A stretch of 28,032 nucleotides of DNA, from positions 1 through 28,032 of the forward strand of contig JACRKZ010000149.1 of the NCBI GenBank assembly GCA_016235455.1, given 5' to 3'. The notes under the pieces were generated by a model. It was not told where the DNA came from. It saw nothing but the letters and a program-made list of their open reading frames with translations, and made no database searches. Position numbers and translations under genes: made by a program. Positions within the stretch are counted from its first letter, which is position 1. Each line of letters starts with the position of its first letter. This stretch comes from Armatimonadota bacterium (GTDB taxonomy: Bacteria > Armatimonadota > UBA10988). Shown one piece after another: positions 1 through 9,700 of the stretch.

Positions 1-2
1 AG

Positions 3-1463
3 GACACCCTCCCCTGCGCACCCGGCGTGATCAAGCCAGCCTGGGCCCAGGCGCCCGAGGCCGAGGTGCACGTCTGGCCGTCCGACCCCGACTCCTGCCG
101 TGCCTTCATGCTGAACGTGCAGGTCGAGCGGGCCGACGCGGCCGCGCAGACGCTGAAGTTCAAGGGGCCCGAGTGCATCGTCTCGATCTTTCCCGGCGAC
201 CGCTTCTACGTGGACAACCTGCCCTCGGAGCTCGATGCGCCGGGCGAGTGGTACCTGGACCGGGCCGCTGGCCGGCTCTCCTTCCGACCGGCGGCCGAGG
301 CCGACCTGAGGGACGTCATCGCGCCGGCGGTGCGGCACATCGTGCGGCTCGACGGCGATGCCAAGACCGGCCGGCTGGTCCACGATGTGCGCTTCCGTGG
401 CCTGACGCTGGGCTGCAACGACTACCAGCCAGGCGACGGCGGGGTGGGCTACGGCATGGGCAGCCAGGGCACGCTACACCTGACCGCCGCGCGCGACGTC
501 TCCGTCGAGGACTGCGCCTTCGCCAACACCGGCCTGTACGCGCTCGCGGCGACGGAATCGAGCAGTTGCCGGTTCGTGGGCAACCGCATCACCGCCGGCG
601 CCCAAGGTGGCGTGCTGCTGCTCGACAGCGACCACATGACCGTCACCGACAACACCATGGAGCACCTCGGCGTCATCTACAAACACATCGGCGGCGTGGT
701 GCTGGAGGGCCCGAAGGCGTCGGACAACCTGATCGCGCACAATCTGATCCGCGACAGCTCGCGCTACGGTATCAGCATCAAGATGGGTGGCTACCGCAAT
801 GTCATCGAGTACAACGCGGTGCACGACACGAGCACGGAGACGCACGATACCGGCGCTATTGAGGTCACCCAGGGCGAGCGCGACAAGCTCAGCGACAGCG
901 TCATCCGCTACAACCTGGTCAGCGGCACCGGCGGCTATTCATCGCGGTTTGAAGTGCCCGTGATCATGTCGTGGGGCATCTATCTGGACAGCTTCGCCGG
1001 CGGCTACACCGTCGACCACAATGTCTGCTACCGCACCCAGACCGGCGGCATCATGCTGCAGGGCGGTCGTGCCAACAAGGTCACCAACAACATCTTCGTC
1101 GACGCCGTGACCAGCCAACTGCTGTTTGCCAACTACGACGACAACATGCGCGGCTGCGAGTTCAGCCGCAACATCGTCTACACCCGCGACGCCAAAGCGC
1201 GCCTGTTCAGCTACGGTCGCATGGCGCCCGAGGTGCTGATCGCCGACCACAACCTGTACTGGCAGGCCGGCGTGGACCTGCTCCGGCCCGGCGGCGAGCT
1301 GGCGGCCTGGCGCAAGCTGGGCTTCGACGCGGGCGGCGTGGCGGCCGACCCGCTGTTTGTCGATGCCCAGCACGACGACTATCGGCTCCGGCCGGGTTCG
1401 CCGGCGCTCAAACTCGGCTTCGAGCCGATCGACCTGAGCCAGATAGGCCCGCGGCGGCGCTGA
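3..1463 (+). CDS. Right-handed parallel beta-helix protein, GH141-like putative glycan-degrading enzyme (5' truncated)
   Basis: The frame is open from position 3 (DTLPCAPGVIKP...), so the true start lies upstream of the window. Motifs: ELDAPGEWYLD, repeated Asn-ladder beta-helix segments (VGNRI, TDNTM, AHNLIRD, EYNAVHD, RYNLV), DTGAIE, WGIYLD, and C-terminal ADPLFVD..DYRLRPGSPALKLGF. Confidence 0.85.
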   Translation, partial: DTLPCAPGVIKPAWAQAPEAEVHVWPSDPDSCRAFMLNVQVERADAAAQTLKFKGPECIVSIFPGDRFYVDNLPSELDAPGEWYLDRAAGRLSFRPAAEADLRDVIAPAVRHIVRLDGDAKTGRLVHDVRFRGLTLGCNDYQPGDGGVGYGMGSQGTLHLTAARDVSVEDCAFANTGLYALAATESSSCRFVGNRITAGAQGGVLLLDSDHMTVTDNTMEHLGVIYKHIGGVVLEGPKASDNLIAHNLIRDSSRYGISIKMGGYRNVIEYNAVHDTSTETHDTGAIEVTQGERDKLSDSVIRYNLVSGTGGYSSRFEVPVIMSWGIYLDSFAGGYTVDHNVCYRTQTGGIMLQGGRANKVTNNIFVDAVTSQLLFANYDDNMRGCEFSRNIVYTRDAKARLFSYGRMAPEVLIADHNLYWQAGVDLLRPGGELAAWRKLGFDAGGVAADPLFVDAQHDDYRLRPGSPALKLGFEPIDLSQIGPRRR

Positions 1464-1470
1464 GCGCGGG

Positions 1471-3504
1471 TCACTTGGCGGGCTCGGCGTCGGCGGGGCC
1501 GAGCGTCAGGTCGCGGAGATCCCACCAGACCGTGTCGGGCGGCGGATGATGCCAGGTCTGCGCGGACACCGTCGTCGTCGCTGCCGAGCTGCTGTCGACG
1601 GGGTCGTAGAGGCGAGGCAGCTCCGGTGAGGCCAGCGCCAGCCAGCGGTCGTGGTCGGCGACCTGGCCCTCGGCACCCGCGCCGGGGCCACGCCTGGTTC
1701 CGCCGTTGTTCGTGCTCTGGCCGATGGCAGTTTGGGTCAACTCGAACCGGCGCCAGCTCCCTGTCCGATCCGGCCAGGTGCTACCGAGGCTCACGGGCTG
1801 GTTGGGGTACAGGTCGGCTCGACGGCGCAAGAGCAGCGCGGGGCGCACCGAGCTCACGGGGCCAGGCAGGCGGTACCAGCCGCTAAGCTTGAACGGCGTG
1901 TGCAGCGGCGCGGCGAAGCGGAGCTCGACGCCTGTCGCCGCCGACAGGCGCACGGCGCCATCGGCCAGAGGCAGCACCACGCCGCGAACCACCTCCCAAC
2001 AGCCGAGGTCGGAGCCGGGCTGAATGACCACGCTCTCGCCGCGAGCCATGCTGGCCATGGTTCTAGCTGCTGCGGCGCGACGGCGGGTGTAGCGCGCGGC
2101 GAGGTCGTCCGCGCGCGTGGCCAGCACCTCGTAGGCGCCGGCAGCCTCGGCCCAGCGCCGCTCTCGCCAGGCCCGGTCGGCCTCAGCCTCGGCCGTGCCC
2201 AGCGCCAGGCGGGTCGCGGCCCACTCGGCCGCGGTGCTCGCCGCCAGTGGACCAACCTTCTCGAACTCCCCGCCGTCGGCGCCGTTCAGCGCGAGCCGCA
2301 GGTCGGCCGGCTGATCAAGGCGGTAAGCCACGGCGGCCCAGCGCGCGCGGGCCCGCGCCGCCTCGGCCTCGTTGTCGGCTTGCTCGATCCGCTTGGCAAA
2401 CAGCCGGTGCAAGGCGTCGTAGCTGCCGGCGTCGGCCCAGTTGACCGCGATGTCCTTGTCTTCAAGCTGCGCCGCGGCCACCAGCGTCTGCCAGACCTGG
2501 TCGGGCACGTCGGTGTCGAGGCGTGCGGTGGCCAGGCACTCACGGCCGAAGGCCAGCAGGCGTGATGGCTCAGCCTGAGCCGCGCGGAAGGCGTCGTAGG
2601 CCGGCGGATAGTCGAACTGCGCGGCCACGGCCTGGTCGAACCAGAAGCGCGGCTCATCCGGCAGGCTGGGCTTGAGGGCGGCGACGGTGATCATGGCCGT
2701 CGCTGCCTCGGGCCAGTCCGGATGCAGCCGCCAAGCCGCCAGCAGATGGCGCCTCGCTTGCACCTCGGGTGGCTCATCACCGTCTCGACCGGAGTAGCGC
2801 ATCTGAACGGCCGTGACTTGCTCGCGCCCGGCCATGAGGTGGAACAGCCACGGGTCAATGCCTGCCTTGTCGGCCAACTGGCCGCTCGGCACGAAGGCGC
2901 CGCGCATCTCATTAACCAGGCGTTGCTCGCCAGGCTGGAAAGGGCCGCGCAGGGCTTCGACCAGCGTGTCGGTCGTGATGTCGCCTGGCGCCGCTGCGCC
3001 CGTGATCCAGGAGGTCAGGCGTGGCGGATAGACGCCCGTCGGCAGGCTGACCCTCTGTCCCGACCAGGGCGGGGCGGCCTCGCTGTCGCGGTTGCGCCGC
3101 AACACATCGCCCGCCACCGCCAGTACGAGCGGGTCGCCCAGCCCGGCCGTGGCCACACGGCGCGCTGTCTTGCCGCCGGCACGCTGCCAGGCGTCCAGCA
3201 ACTGCGCCGTCAGCAGCTCGGTCCATTGCCGACAGACCTCGGCGGTGAGCGGTGTGCCCGGCTTCTGGGCCAAGGCCGGTTTGGCCTTTTGCCACGCGGC
3301 ATAGCCCTCGCGGAAGGCCCGGCGCGCGGCCCGGTCCTGGCCCGCCGCGGGCGACAGGAAGCGCGGCAGGAGCACTCGGTCCTGGTCATACGCCAAGCCC
3401 GGTTTGGTGCTCAGCTCGTGCCAGATCCACCAGACTCTGCCCGCCGCCGCGATCAGCACCACGGCCAGCAGCACCAGAAATGGCCAACGTACACCTGTCC
3501 TCAT
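1471..3504 (-). CDS. Hypothetical membrane-anchored protein with a DUF4034-associated/TPR-like helical region
   Basis: 677 aa ORF with an N-terminal TM helix (WPFLVLLAVVLIAAAG) and a GGGGAG RBS upstream. The segment ARRHLLAAWRLHPDWPEAATAMITVA...WFDQAVAAQFDYPPAY...LLAFGRECLAT resembles DUF4034-associated proteins (recognised from memory, not searched). Confidence 0.7.
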   Translation of the reverse strand: MRTGVRWPFLVLLAVVLIAAAGRVWWIWHELSTKPGLAYDQDRVLLPRFLSPAAGQDRAARRAFREGYAAWQKAKPALAQKPGTPLTAEVCRQWTELLTAQLLDAWQRAGGKTARRVATAGLGDPLVLAVAGDVLRRNRDSEAAPPWSGQRVSLPTGVYPPRLTSWITGAAAPGDITTDTLVEALRGPFQPGEQRLVNEMRGAFVPSGQLADKAGIDPWLFHLMAGREQVTAVQMRYSGRDGDEPPEVQARRHLLAAWRLHPDWPEAATAMITVAALKPSLPDEPRFWFDQAVAAQFDYPPAYDAFRAAQAEPSRLLAFGRECLATARLDTDVPDQVWQTLVAAAQLEDKDIAVNWADAGSYDALHRLFAKRIEQADNEAEAARARARWAAVAYRLDQPADLRLALNGADGGEFEKVGPLAASTAAEWAATRLALGTAEAEADRAWRERRWAEAAGAYEVLATRADDLAARYTRRRAAAARTMASMARGESVVIQPGSDLGCWEVVRGVVLPLADGAVRLSAATGVELRFAAPLHTPFKLSGWYRLPGPVSSVRPALLLRRRADLYPNQPVSLGSTWPDRTGSWRRFELTQTAIGQSTNNGGTRRGPGAGAEGQVADHDRWLALASPELPRLYDPVDSSSAATTTVSAQTWHHPPPDTVWWDLRDLTLGPADAEPAK

Positions 3505-3527
3505 GTCCGTCTCCCCCGCGGCCTAAG

Positions 3528-4991
3528 TCACACATCCAGCCCCTTGATCGGAAACTCCGCGCTCGGCACATGCTGAGCCGTGGCCAAGGCGGCCATGGCC
3601 CGCAGCCGCTCCGGCTGCTCCGCCGCCAGGTCCTGGGCTTCGGCCGGGTCGGCGGCGATGTCGTACAGCTCCCACGGCGTGGTGGTCCTGGGTGTTTGGA
3701 GTTTGCTGCGCACGGCTTTGTAGCGGCCTTGCCACAGCGCCTGCCAGCCGCTGTAGCCGGCGAACTCGCGGTACAGCCAGGGCCGCTCGGGCTGCGCGCG
3801 GCCCAGTAGAGTCGGCGCCAGGCTGAGACCATCGGCGTTCGCCGGCGCCTGAGCGCCGGCCAGCTCGCACAGCGTCGGCAGCCAGTCCTCGAACCCGCCG
3901 ACGCGGTCGCTCTGGGTGCCGGGCTGGATCTTGCCCGGCCAACGGGCGATGCACGGCACGCGCACGCCGCCCTCATAGAGCGAACCCTTGCGCCCGCGCA
4001 GGCCGCCCGCGGAGTTGAAGAACTCGCAGTCGGTGCCGCCCAGTTCGTCATACAGCGGCCCGTTGTCGCTGGCGAAGACCACCAGCGTGTTGTCGTCCAG
4101 GCCCAGTTCGCCAAGCAGCGCCATCAACCGGCCCAGCGCGGCGTCCAGGCGCGTGACCATCGCCGCATACGCCGCGCGCGGCGTGCGCTGGGGCAGGTAG
4201 CCCCGGCTACCGTCATACGGCTTCTCGGGGAAGGCGCCGGCATACTCGGCCAGGGAGTCGGCCGGCACTTGCAGCGCCAGGTGTGGCACGATGGTCGTCC
4301 ACCACAGGAAGAACGGCCTGGCCCGGTTGGCCCGCACGAAGTCCAGCGCGGCATCGGCGATGAGGTCCGGCGCGTACTGCCGGCCGACATACCGCTCGTA
4401 GGTCTTCGGGTCGTCGGGGTCCGCGTCGGCCGGCAGCTTCTGGTGCGCGGCGAAGGCCGGATTGTCCAGCGGCACCCGCTGGGTGTTGTCCCACAGGTAG
4501 GTCGGGTAGGCGTTGTGCGCCACGCGCTGGCAGTTGTAGCCGTAGAAGCGGTCGAAGCCCTGGTTCTCCGGCGCGCCCACCGAGCCCGGCGCGCCGAGCC
4601 CCCACTTGCCCACGCAGCCCGTGGCGTAGCCCCGACTCTTCAGGAGCCCCGCCAGCGTGACAGTGTCGGCCGGCAGCGGCAACTGGCCTTCGGGCTGCAC
4701 CTCGCGGTTCTCACGCACGAAGGCATGGCCTGGATGTCGGCCGGTCAGGAATACGCAGCGCGACGGCGCGCAGACGGCGTTGCCGGCGTAGTGGCGGCCA
4801 AAGCGCAAGCCGCCGCCGGCCAGCGCGTCCAGGTGCGGCGTGCGGATGCGTTTCTGGCCATAGCAGCCCAGGTCGCCATAGCCCAGGTCGTCGGCCAGCA
4901 GGAAGATCACGTTCGGCGGGCGCTCGGCGCCGCGCGCCAGCGAGGCGGCGGCCAGGGCTGCGCTGGTGCCCATGAACACGCGGCGGTTCAT
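3528..4991 (-). CDS. Arylsulfatase (formylglycine-dependent S1 sulfatase) with Tat signal peptide
   Basis: PNVIFLLADDLGYGDLGCYG, CxPxR motif (CAPSR), GKWGLG, SDNG and LYEGGVRVP. The N-terminus MNRRVFMG...ARGA is a twin-arginine signal. The ATG at 4991 overlaps the upstream TGA (TGATG); an alternative GTG start is at 4994. Confidence 0.93.
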   Translation of the reverse strand: MNRRVFMGTSAALAAASLARGAERPPNVIFLLADDLGYGDLGCYGQKRIRTPHLDALAGGGLRFGRHYAGNAVCAPSRCVFLTGRHPGHAFVRENREVQPEGQLPLPADTVTLAGLLKSRGYATGCVGKWGLGAPGSVGAPENQGFDRFYGYNCQRVAHNAYPTYLWDNTQRVPLDNPAFAAHQKLPADADPDDPKTYERYVGRQYAPDLIADAALDFVRANRARPFFLWWTTIVPHLALQVPADSLAEYAGAFPEKPYDGSRGYLPQRTPRAAYAAMVTRLDAALGRLMALLGELGLDDNTLVVFASDNGPLYDELGGTDCEFFNSAGGLRGRKGSLYEGGVRVPCIARWPGKIQPGTQSDRVGGFEDWLPTLCELAGAQAPANADGLSLAPTLLGRAQPERPWLYREFAGYSGWQALWQGRYKAVRSKLQTPRTTTPWELYDIAADPAEAQDLAAEQPERLRAMAALATAQHVPSAEFPIKGLDV

Positions 4992-6451
4992 CACCTGAAT
5001 TCCCCCGGATGCCGGCGCCGCAGTTCCTCGACATGCTGGCCGCGGCCAGTGGCCTCGAGCCGCTGGCAGTAGGCGGGCAGCAGGCCGCGCGAGTGCAGCG
5101 GGCCGCCTTCGCGCATCACGGTCCAGAGGGGATCCACCGCGTCGGGCATGGCCATCATCTGGTCGTCGTGCCAGTTCAGCAGCAGCCGCGCCGCCTCGGC
5201 GCAGACCTCGGGCCGCTGGGCGGCCAGGTCGTGGGTCTCGTGCGGGTCGTTCGCCACGTCAAACAGCATCTCGCGCGGCCACAGGTGATAGAAGTCGTGG
5301 TAGGTGCGGATGTAGTGCCACGGGCCGAAGCGCACGCTGCGCTGGGCGCCATGGCAGCACTGGCCCAGCACCAGATGGTCGCGCTGCGCGTAGCTCTCGC
5401 CGGTCAGCGCGCCGGCATAGCTCTGGCCCTGCCAGCCCGCGCGCGGCTGCGCGCCAAACAGCTCGGCCAGAGTCGGACCCAGGTCCAGGTTGTAGTGCAG
5501 CGCGCTGTCGACCGTGCCGGCCGCCAGGCCGGGGTAGGCGATGAGCATGGGAATGCGGTGGGTCACGTAGTCCGAGGTGCCGTGCTCGCCGTAGCTGCCC
5601 AGTTCGCCCAGGTTCTCGCCGTGGTCCGAGGTCACGATGATGGCCGTGTCGTCGAGCACACCCGTGTCGGCCAAGGTGTTCAGCAGCCGGTCGAGGTGGC
5701 CATCCATGTAGCGGATGCCGCAGTCGTAGCCGTCGATCATCTGGCGGAAGCCGGCCATGTCGGGCACCTGCCCAGGATGGCGCGGGTACCTGGGCGACAC
5801 GACGTCGTCGGCCATGCTTACTTCCCAGCAGCCGTGCAGACCGGGCTGGGTGCGATGCTCGGCCAGCAGGTCGGGCGTCATCCAACTCGGCAGCGGCTCA
5901 TCGGCGAACGGGTTGCCGAACTCGGCCGGGGCGCGGTACGGCGTGTGCGGGTCCCAGTAGTTGACGTGCAGGAACCAGTTGTCTTCGCTGGCATGGCGAC
6001 CGAGCCAGTCCAGCACGTGCGGAGTGACCTCTTCGGCCGACTCCATGCCGCCGCTGCCCGTGTCGTAGGTTTCGGCGAAGCCGGCGTTGAACCAGAACGC
6101 CGAGTGGCGCTGGGCAAAGGGCGAGACCGAGGCCGTATGGTAGCCCTGTTGCCGCAGGAAGCCCCACAGGCTGAGCTGCTCGGCATCGTTGCGGAAGCCG
6201 CGGTCGCGGCCCTGCAGGCGCAGGTCGGCGGCGGTGCCGCCGTGGCCCACGATGCCCGAGCGGATACCGTGGCGACCGGTAACCAGCGCCGCGCGCGACG
6301 GCAGGCAAGGCGCGTCGGAGCAGTAGTAGTTGTCGAAGCGGACTCCGCGCGCGGCGACCGCGTCGAGCGTGGGGCTGGTCTGGCGGTGGTAGCCGTAGCA
6401 GCCCAGGTGGTCGGGCCGCAGCGTGTCGAGATCGAGGAAGAGGATGCGCAT
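4991..6451 (-). CDS. Sulfatase family protein (S1, formylglycine-dependent), no signal peptide
   Basis: MRILFLDLDTLRPDHLGCYGY, CLPSR (CxPxR), WDPHTPY and TSDHGE. Start reassigned to the ATG at 6451, which has a GGAGG RBS at 6456-6460, instead of 6553. Confidence 0.92.
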   Translation of the reverse strand: MRILFLDLDTLRPDHLGCYGYHRQTSPTLDAVAARGVRFDNYYCSDAPCLPSRAALVTGRHGIRSGIVGHGGTAADLRLQGRDRGFRNDAEQLSLWGFLRQQGYHTASVSPFAQRHSAFWFNAGFAETYDTGSGGMESAEEVTPHVLDWLGRHASEDNWFLHVNYWDPHTPYRAPAEFGNPFADEPLPSWMTPDLLAEHRTQPGLHGCWEVSMADDVVSPRYPRHPGQVPDMAGFRQMIDGYDCGIRYMDGHLDRLLNTLADTGVLDDTAIIVTSDHGENLGELGSYGEHGTSDYVTHRIPMLIAYPGLAAGTVDSALHYNLDLGPTLAELFGAQPRAGWQGQSYAGALTGESYAQRDHLVLGQCCHGAQRSVRFGPWHYIRTYHDFYHLWPREMLFDVANDPHETHDLAAQRPEVCAEAARLLLNWHDDQMMAMPDAVDPLWTVMREGGPLHSRGLLPAYCQRLEATGRGQHVEELRRRHPGEFR

Positions 6452-6513
6452 GATGCCTCCTGGTGGCGTCACACGCGGCATTGGCTGTGGACGGGCCGAG
6501 TCCTTGCCCCGCC

Positions 6514-6545
6514 AACAGAAGGCCCAGCGCCAAGGACGCCGGGCC
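6514..6545 (-). terminator. Intrinsic terminator-like hairpin upstream of the sulfatase operon
   Basis: Minus strand reads GGCCCGGCGTC-CTT-GGCGCTGGGCC followed by TTCTGTT. The 11-bp stem has two G-U pairs that form only on the minus strand. Confidence 0.45.
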
Positions 6546-6754
6546 CGCTGCAAACCCCCTGGTCCGTCGACGGGACGGCCATCCCATGGTTCCCCTGCGG
6601 CCGTCCCGACTCGACGTTGACTGTCGGGAAGCTTAGATTCCCACGCTGAAAGAACACCAAAATCGAGATGGTATCGGCGACGAGTTGGTTGATCGTTGGC
6701 ACGGCCGAGCCGTTACGATAGGGGCGGTGCGATGGGAAGGCGCACGGGTGCGGC

Positions 6755-9700
6755 ATGGCGGTCCTATGGCGAGTGCGGATGCTGGGCGGGCTAGTGGTCG
6801 AGGGCATGGGCCAGACCATCGGTCGTTTCCACACGCAGCAGGCCGCCGGCGCGCTGGCCTATCTGGCTTACCACGCCGGCCAGCCACAAGCGCGCGAGGT
6901 GCTCGTCGAGCAACTGTGGCCGGGCGTGGCGCCGGCCAAGGGGCGCGACCGCCTGAACGTGGCCATCAGTTCGCTGCGCCGGCAGTTCGAGCCGGCCGGC
7001 GTGCCGCGCGGTAGCGTGATCCAGGGCGACCGCCACAGCCTGGCACTGTCGGCCGACCAGGTCAGCACCGATGTGGCCGAGTTCCGGGCCGCGGTGGGCG
7101 CCGCGCGGCGTGGTTCGAGCGCGGAGCAGACGCGGCCGCTGCTGGAGACCGCGCTGGCGCTCTGTCAGGGCCCGCTGCTGCCGGGCCACTACCAGGACTG
7201 GATCGGTCCGGAGCAGGAACTGCTGACGGACCTGCTGGTCGACGCGGCGCGGCGGCTGACCTCACTGGAGATCGCCCAGCGCCGGCCGCGGGCGGCCCTG
7301 GAAGTGGCGCAGCGGGCGGTTGCGGCCGACCCCCTGCGCGAGGAATGCCATGCGCTGGTGCTGCGCGCCGCGGCGGCGCTGGGCGATAGCGCGCTGGCTC
7401 GGCGGCATTACGACGGCGTGGTCGAGTTGTTCCGCCGCGAGATGGGCTGCGCGCCGAGCGCCACACTGGCCCAGTTGGCGCGCGCCGTGGACGGTGTCCT
7501 TAGCGCCTCGGTGCCCGACCTCGTGGTGCCGCACCGGGCTGAGCGGACCGCCGCCTCGCATGGCAATACCACCTACCTTGGTGTGCTCGGACCGGCCCGC
7601 CAGTCGTTGTCGGAGCTGGCGCAGGCACATCGCGGCGTCGTCGTGAGCAGTGCCGGCGGGGCCGCGGTGCTGGGCTTTGCCGCGGCGCACGATGGCTGGC
7701 GGTGCGCCCAGGCCCTGCTCGCCGAACCGGTGCTGCTGGGCTTGGTGTCGGCCGATGTGGCCGGCGCCGGTGACGGCGAGAAGGCCGTCGGGCTGGCCGA
7801 ACGCATGGCCGATGCCGGCCACGCCGGGCTGGTGTTGGCCGACCTGAGCAGTGTGTCACTGCTGCGCGGGCAGCCAGGCGGCGACGTGTTCATTCACGAG
7901 CAGGGGCAGTTCCGGCTGGCGATGAGTCGGCCGGCCGAGCCGCTGTTCTGGCTGAGCGATACCGCGCGTGAGCCGCGCGCCTACCCGCCGCCGAGCGCCG
8001 AATCCGCCGCCGAGGCACACCTGCCGCCGTCGTTGAGCGGCTTCTTTGGCCGCGAGGTCGAGGTTGAGGCCGTCACCAAGCTGCTGGCCGGCGCGCCCTG
8101 TGTGGTGAACATCACCGGCCCCGGTGGCGCCGGCAAAACCCGGCTGTCGCTGGAGGTGGCGCGGGCCTGGACGGCCGCCGAGTGCCGGCCGAGCTGGTTC
8201 GTGCCACTGGCCGCGCTGCGCGATGCGGCCTTGTTGCCGCGCGCCATTCTCGGCGTGCTGCGAGGCGGCCAGGCCGATGCCGCCGACCCGCTCGGCCAGG
8301 CGGTCTACCGGCTCACGCGCGAGCCGGGCCTCTTGGTGCTGGACAACTTCGAGCAGTTGCCTGACGCCGCGGCCCAGTTGCTGGCCACGTTGTCAGCCCG
8401 CGTGCCGAGCCTGCGCTGTCTGGTCACCTCACGCCGGCGGTTGGGGCTGGATGGCGAACGCGACTACCCGTTGCCGCTGCTGGGCACACCGACCGATGTC
8501 GCCGACACCGCCGACGTCACGGCGTTGGGCCGGGTGTCCAGCGTGGCCATGTTTGTCGACCGCGCGCGCACCGTGCAGCCGACGTTCCGGCTCGACGGCC
8601 GCAACGCGCAGCCCGTGGCCGAGCTCTGCCGGCGGCTCGAAGGTTGGCCCTTGGCCATCGAGCTGGCCGCCCCGCTGGTACAGACCATGCCGGCCGCGGC
8701 GCTGTTGACGAGGTTCGATGAGCACCTCGACTGGCGAGCCACGCGCCGGTCCGGTCTGCCCGACCGGCAGCGCACCTTGCGGGCCACGCTGGAGTGGAGT
8801 CTGGCGCTGCTGCCCGCGCCGGTCCGGGTCTTCTGCGAGGCGCTTTGTGTGTTCGCCGGGCCGTTCACCAGCGGTGAAGCGCAGGCTGTGCTGGACGAAC
8901 CGCTGGCCGAGCTCTACCTGGCTCACCTGCGCGACTGCTCGTTGGTCGAGCGGACCGAGCTGGGGCAGGAGGTCGGCTTCGTGCTGCGCACGCCGGTGCG
9001 CGAACTCATGGCCCAAGCCGTCGAGCCGAGCGCACTCGACCCGTTACGCGCGTGCTGCGCGCGCTACTTCGGCGCGCTGGCCGACGGCTGCCCAGAGCGA
9101 GGGGCCACCACGGACGCCCTCGGCGCCTGGCTGGACCGCGCCGACCAGCGGTTGGTCGAGTTGCGTCTGGCCCTCGAGTGGGGCTTGGAGCACGACCTGC
9201 TGTGGGCACTGGATCGGGCCTGCGCGCTGGTGCCGCTGTGGGAGCTGCGTGGCCACGCGGAAGAAGGACTGGCCTGGCTCACGGCGCTGCGGTCGGCCGC
9301 GCTATCGGCCGGATGGCGCCTCACGGGCCATGCGGCGTTTGCCGCGGCCAGGCTAACGGTCCTGGTGCGACCCTATCCGCAGGCCAGACCGCTGCTCGCC
9401 GAGGCGGTGGACCTGCTGTCCAAGGGCGATGACACCGGCACGCTCATCGGGGCGATCTACTACCAGACCTTCAACTTCCTGCTCGGCAGAGATCTGGCCG
9501 GCTTGGAGGACTGCGCTCGACGGCTGAAGGTCATCACCGACAGCGGCGGCCCGCCCAGCGCGTGGGCCGCGGCGGCTGCCGTCGAGGCTGCTCGGCTGAT
9601 TGCCGTCGGCAAGTCGGCCAGCTCGCTGAAGCATCTGTGTACGGCCGCCGAGCTCTGTGCCGAGGTCGGCGATCTGGCGGGCGTGGTGGCCCACCGGGTG

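Noticed and set aside
6468-6478. 11-mer GTCACACGCGG shared with 26110-26120, upstream of two minus-strand operons
   Set aside because: The copies lie at different distances from their start codons, and a match of this length is plausible by chance at this GC content.
6679-6702. Minus-strand GTG-initiated peptide reading MPTINQLV, identical to the N-terminus of ribosomal protein S12
   Set aside because: Similarity stops after 8 codons, and there is no RBS and no ribosomal operon context. Treated as coincidence.
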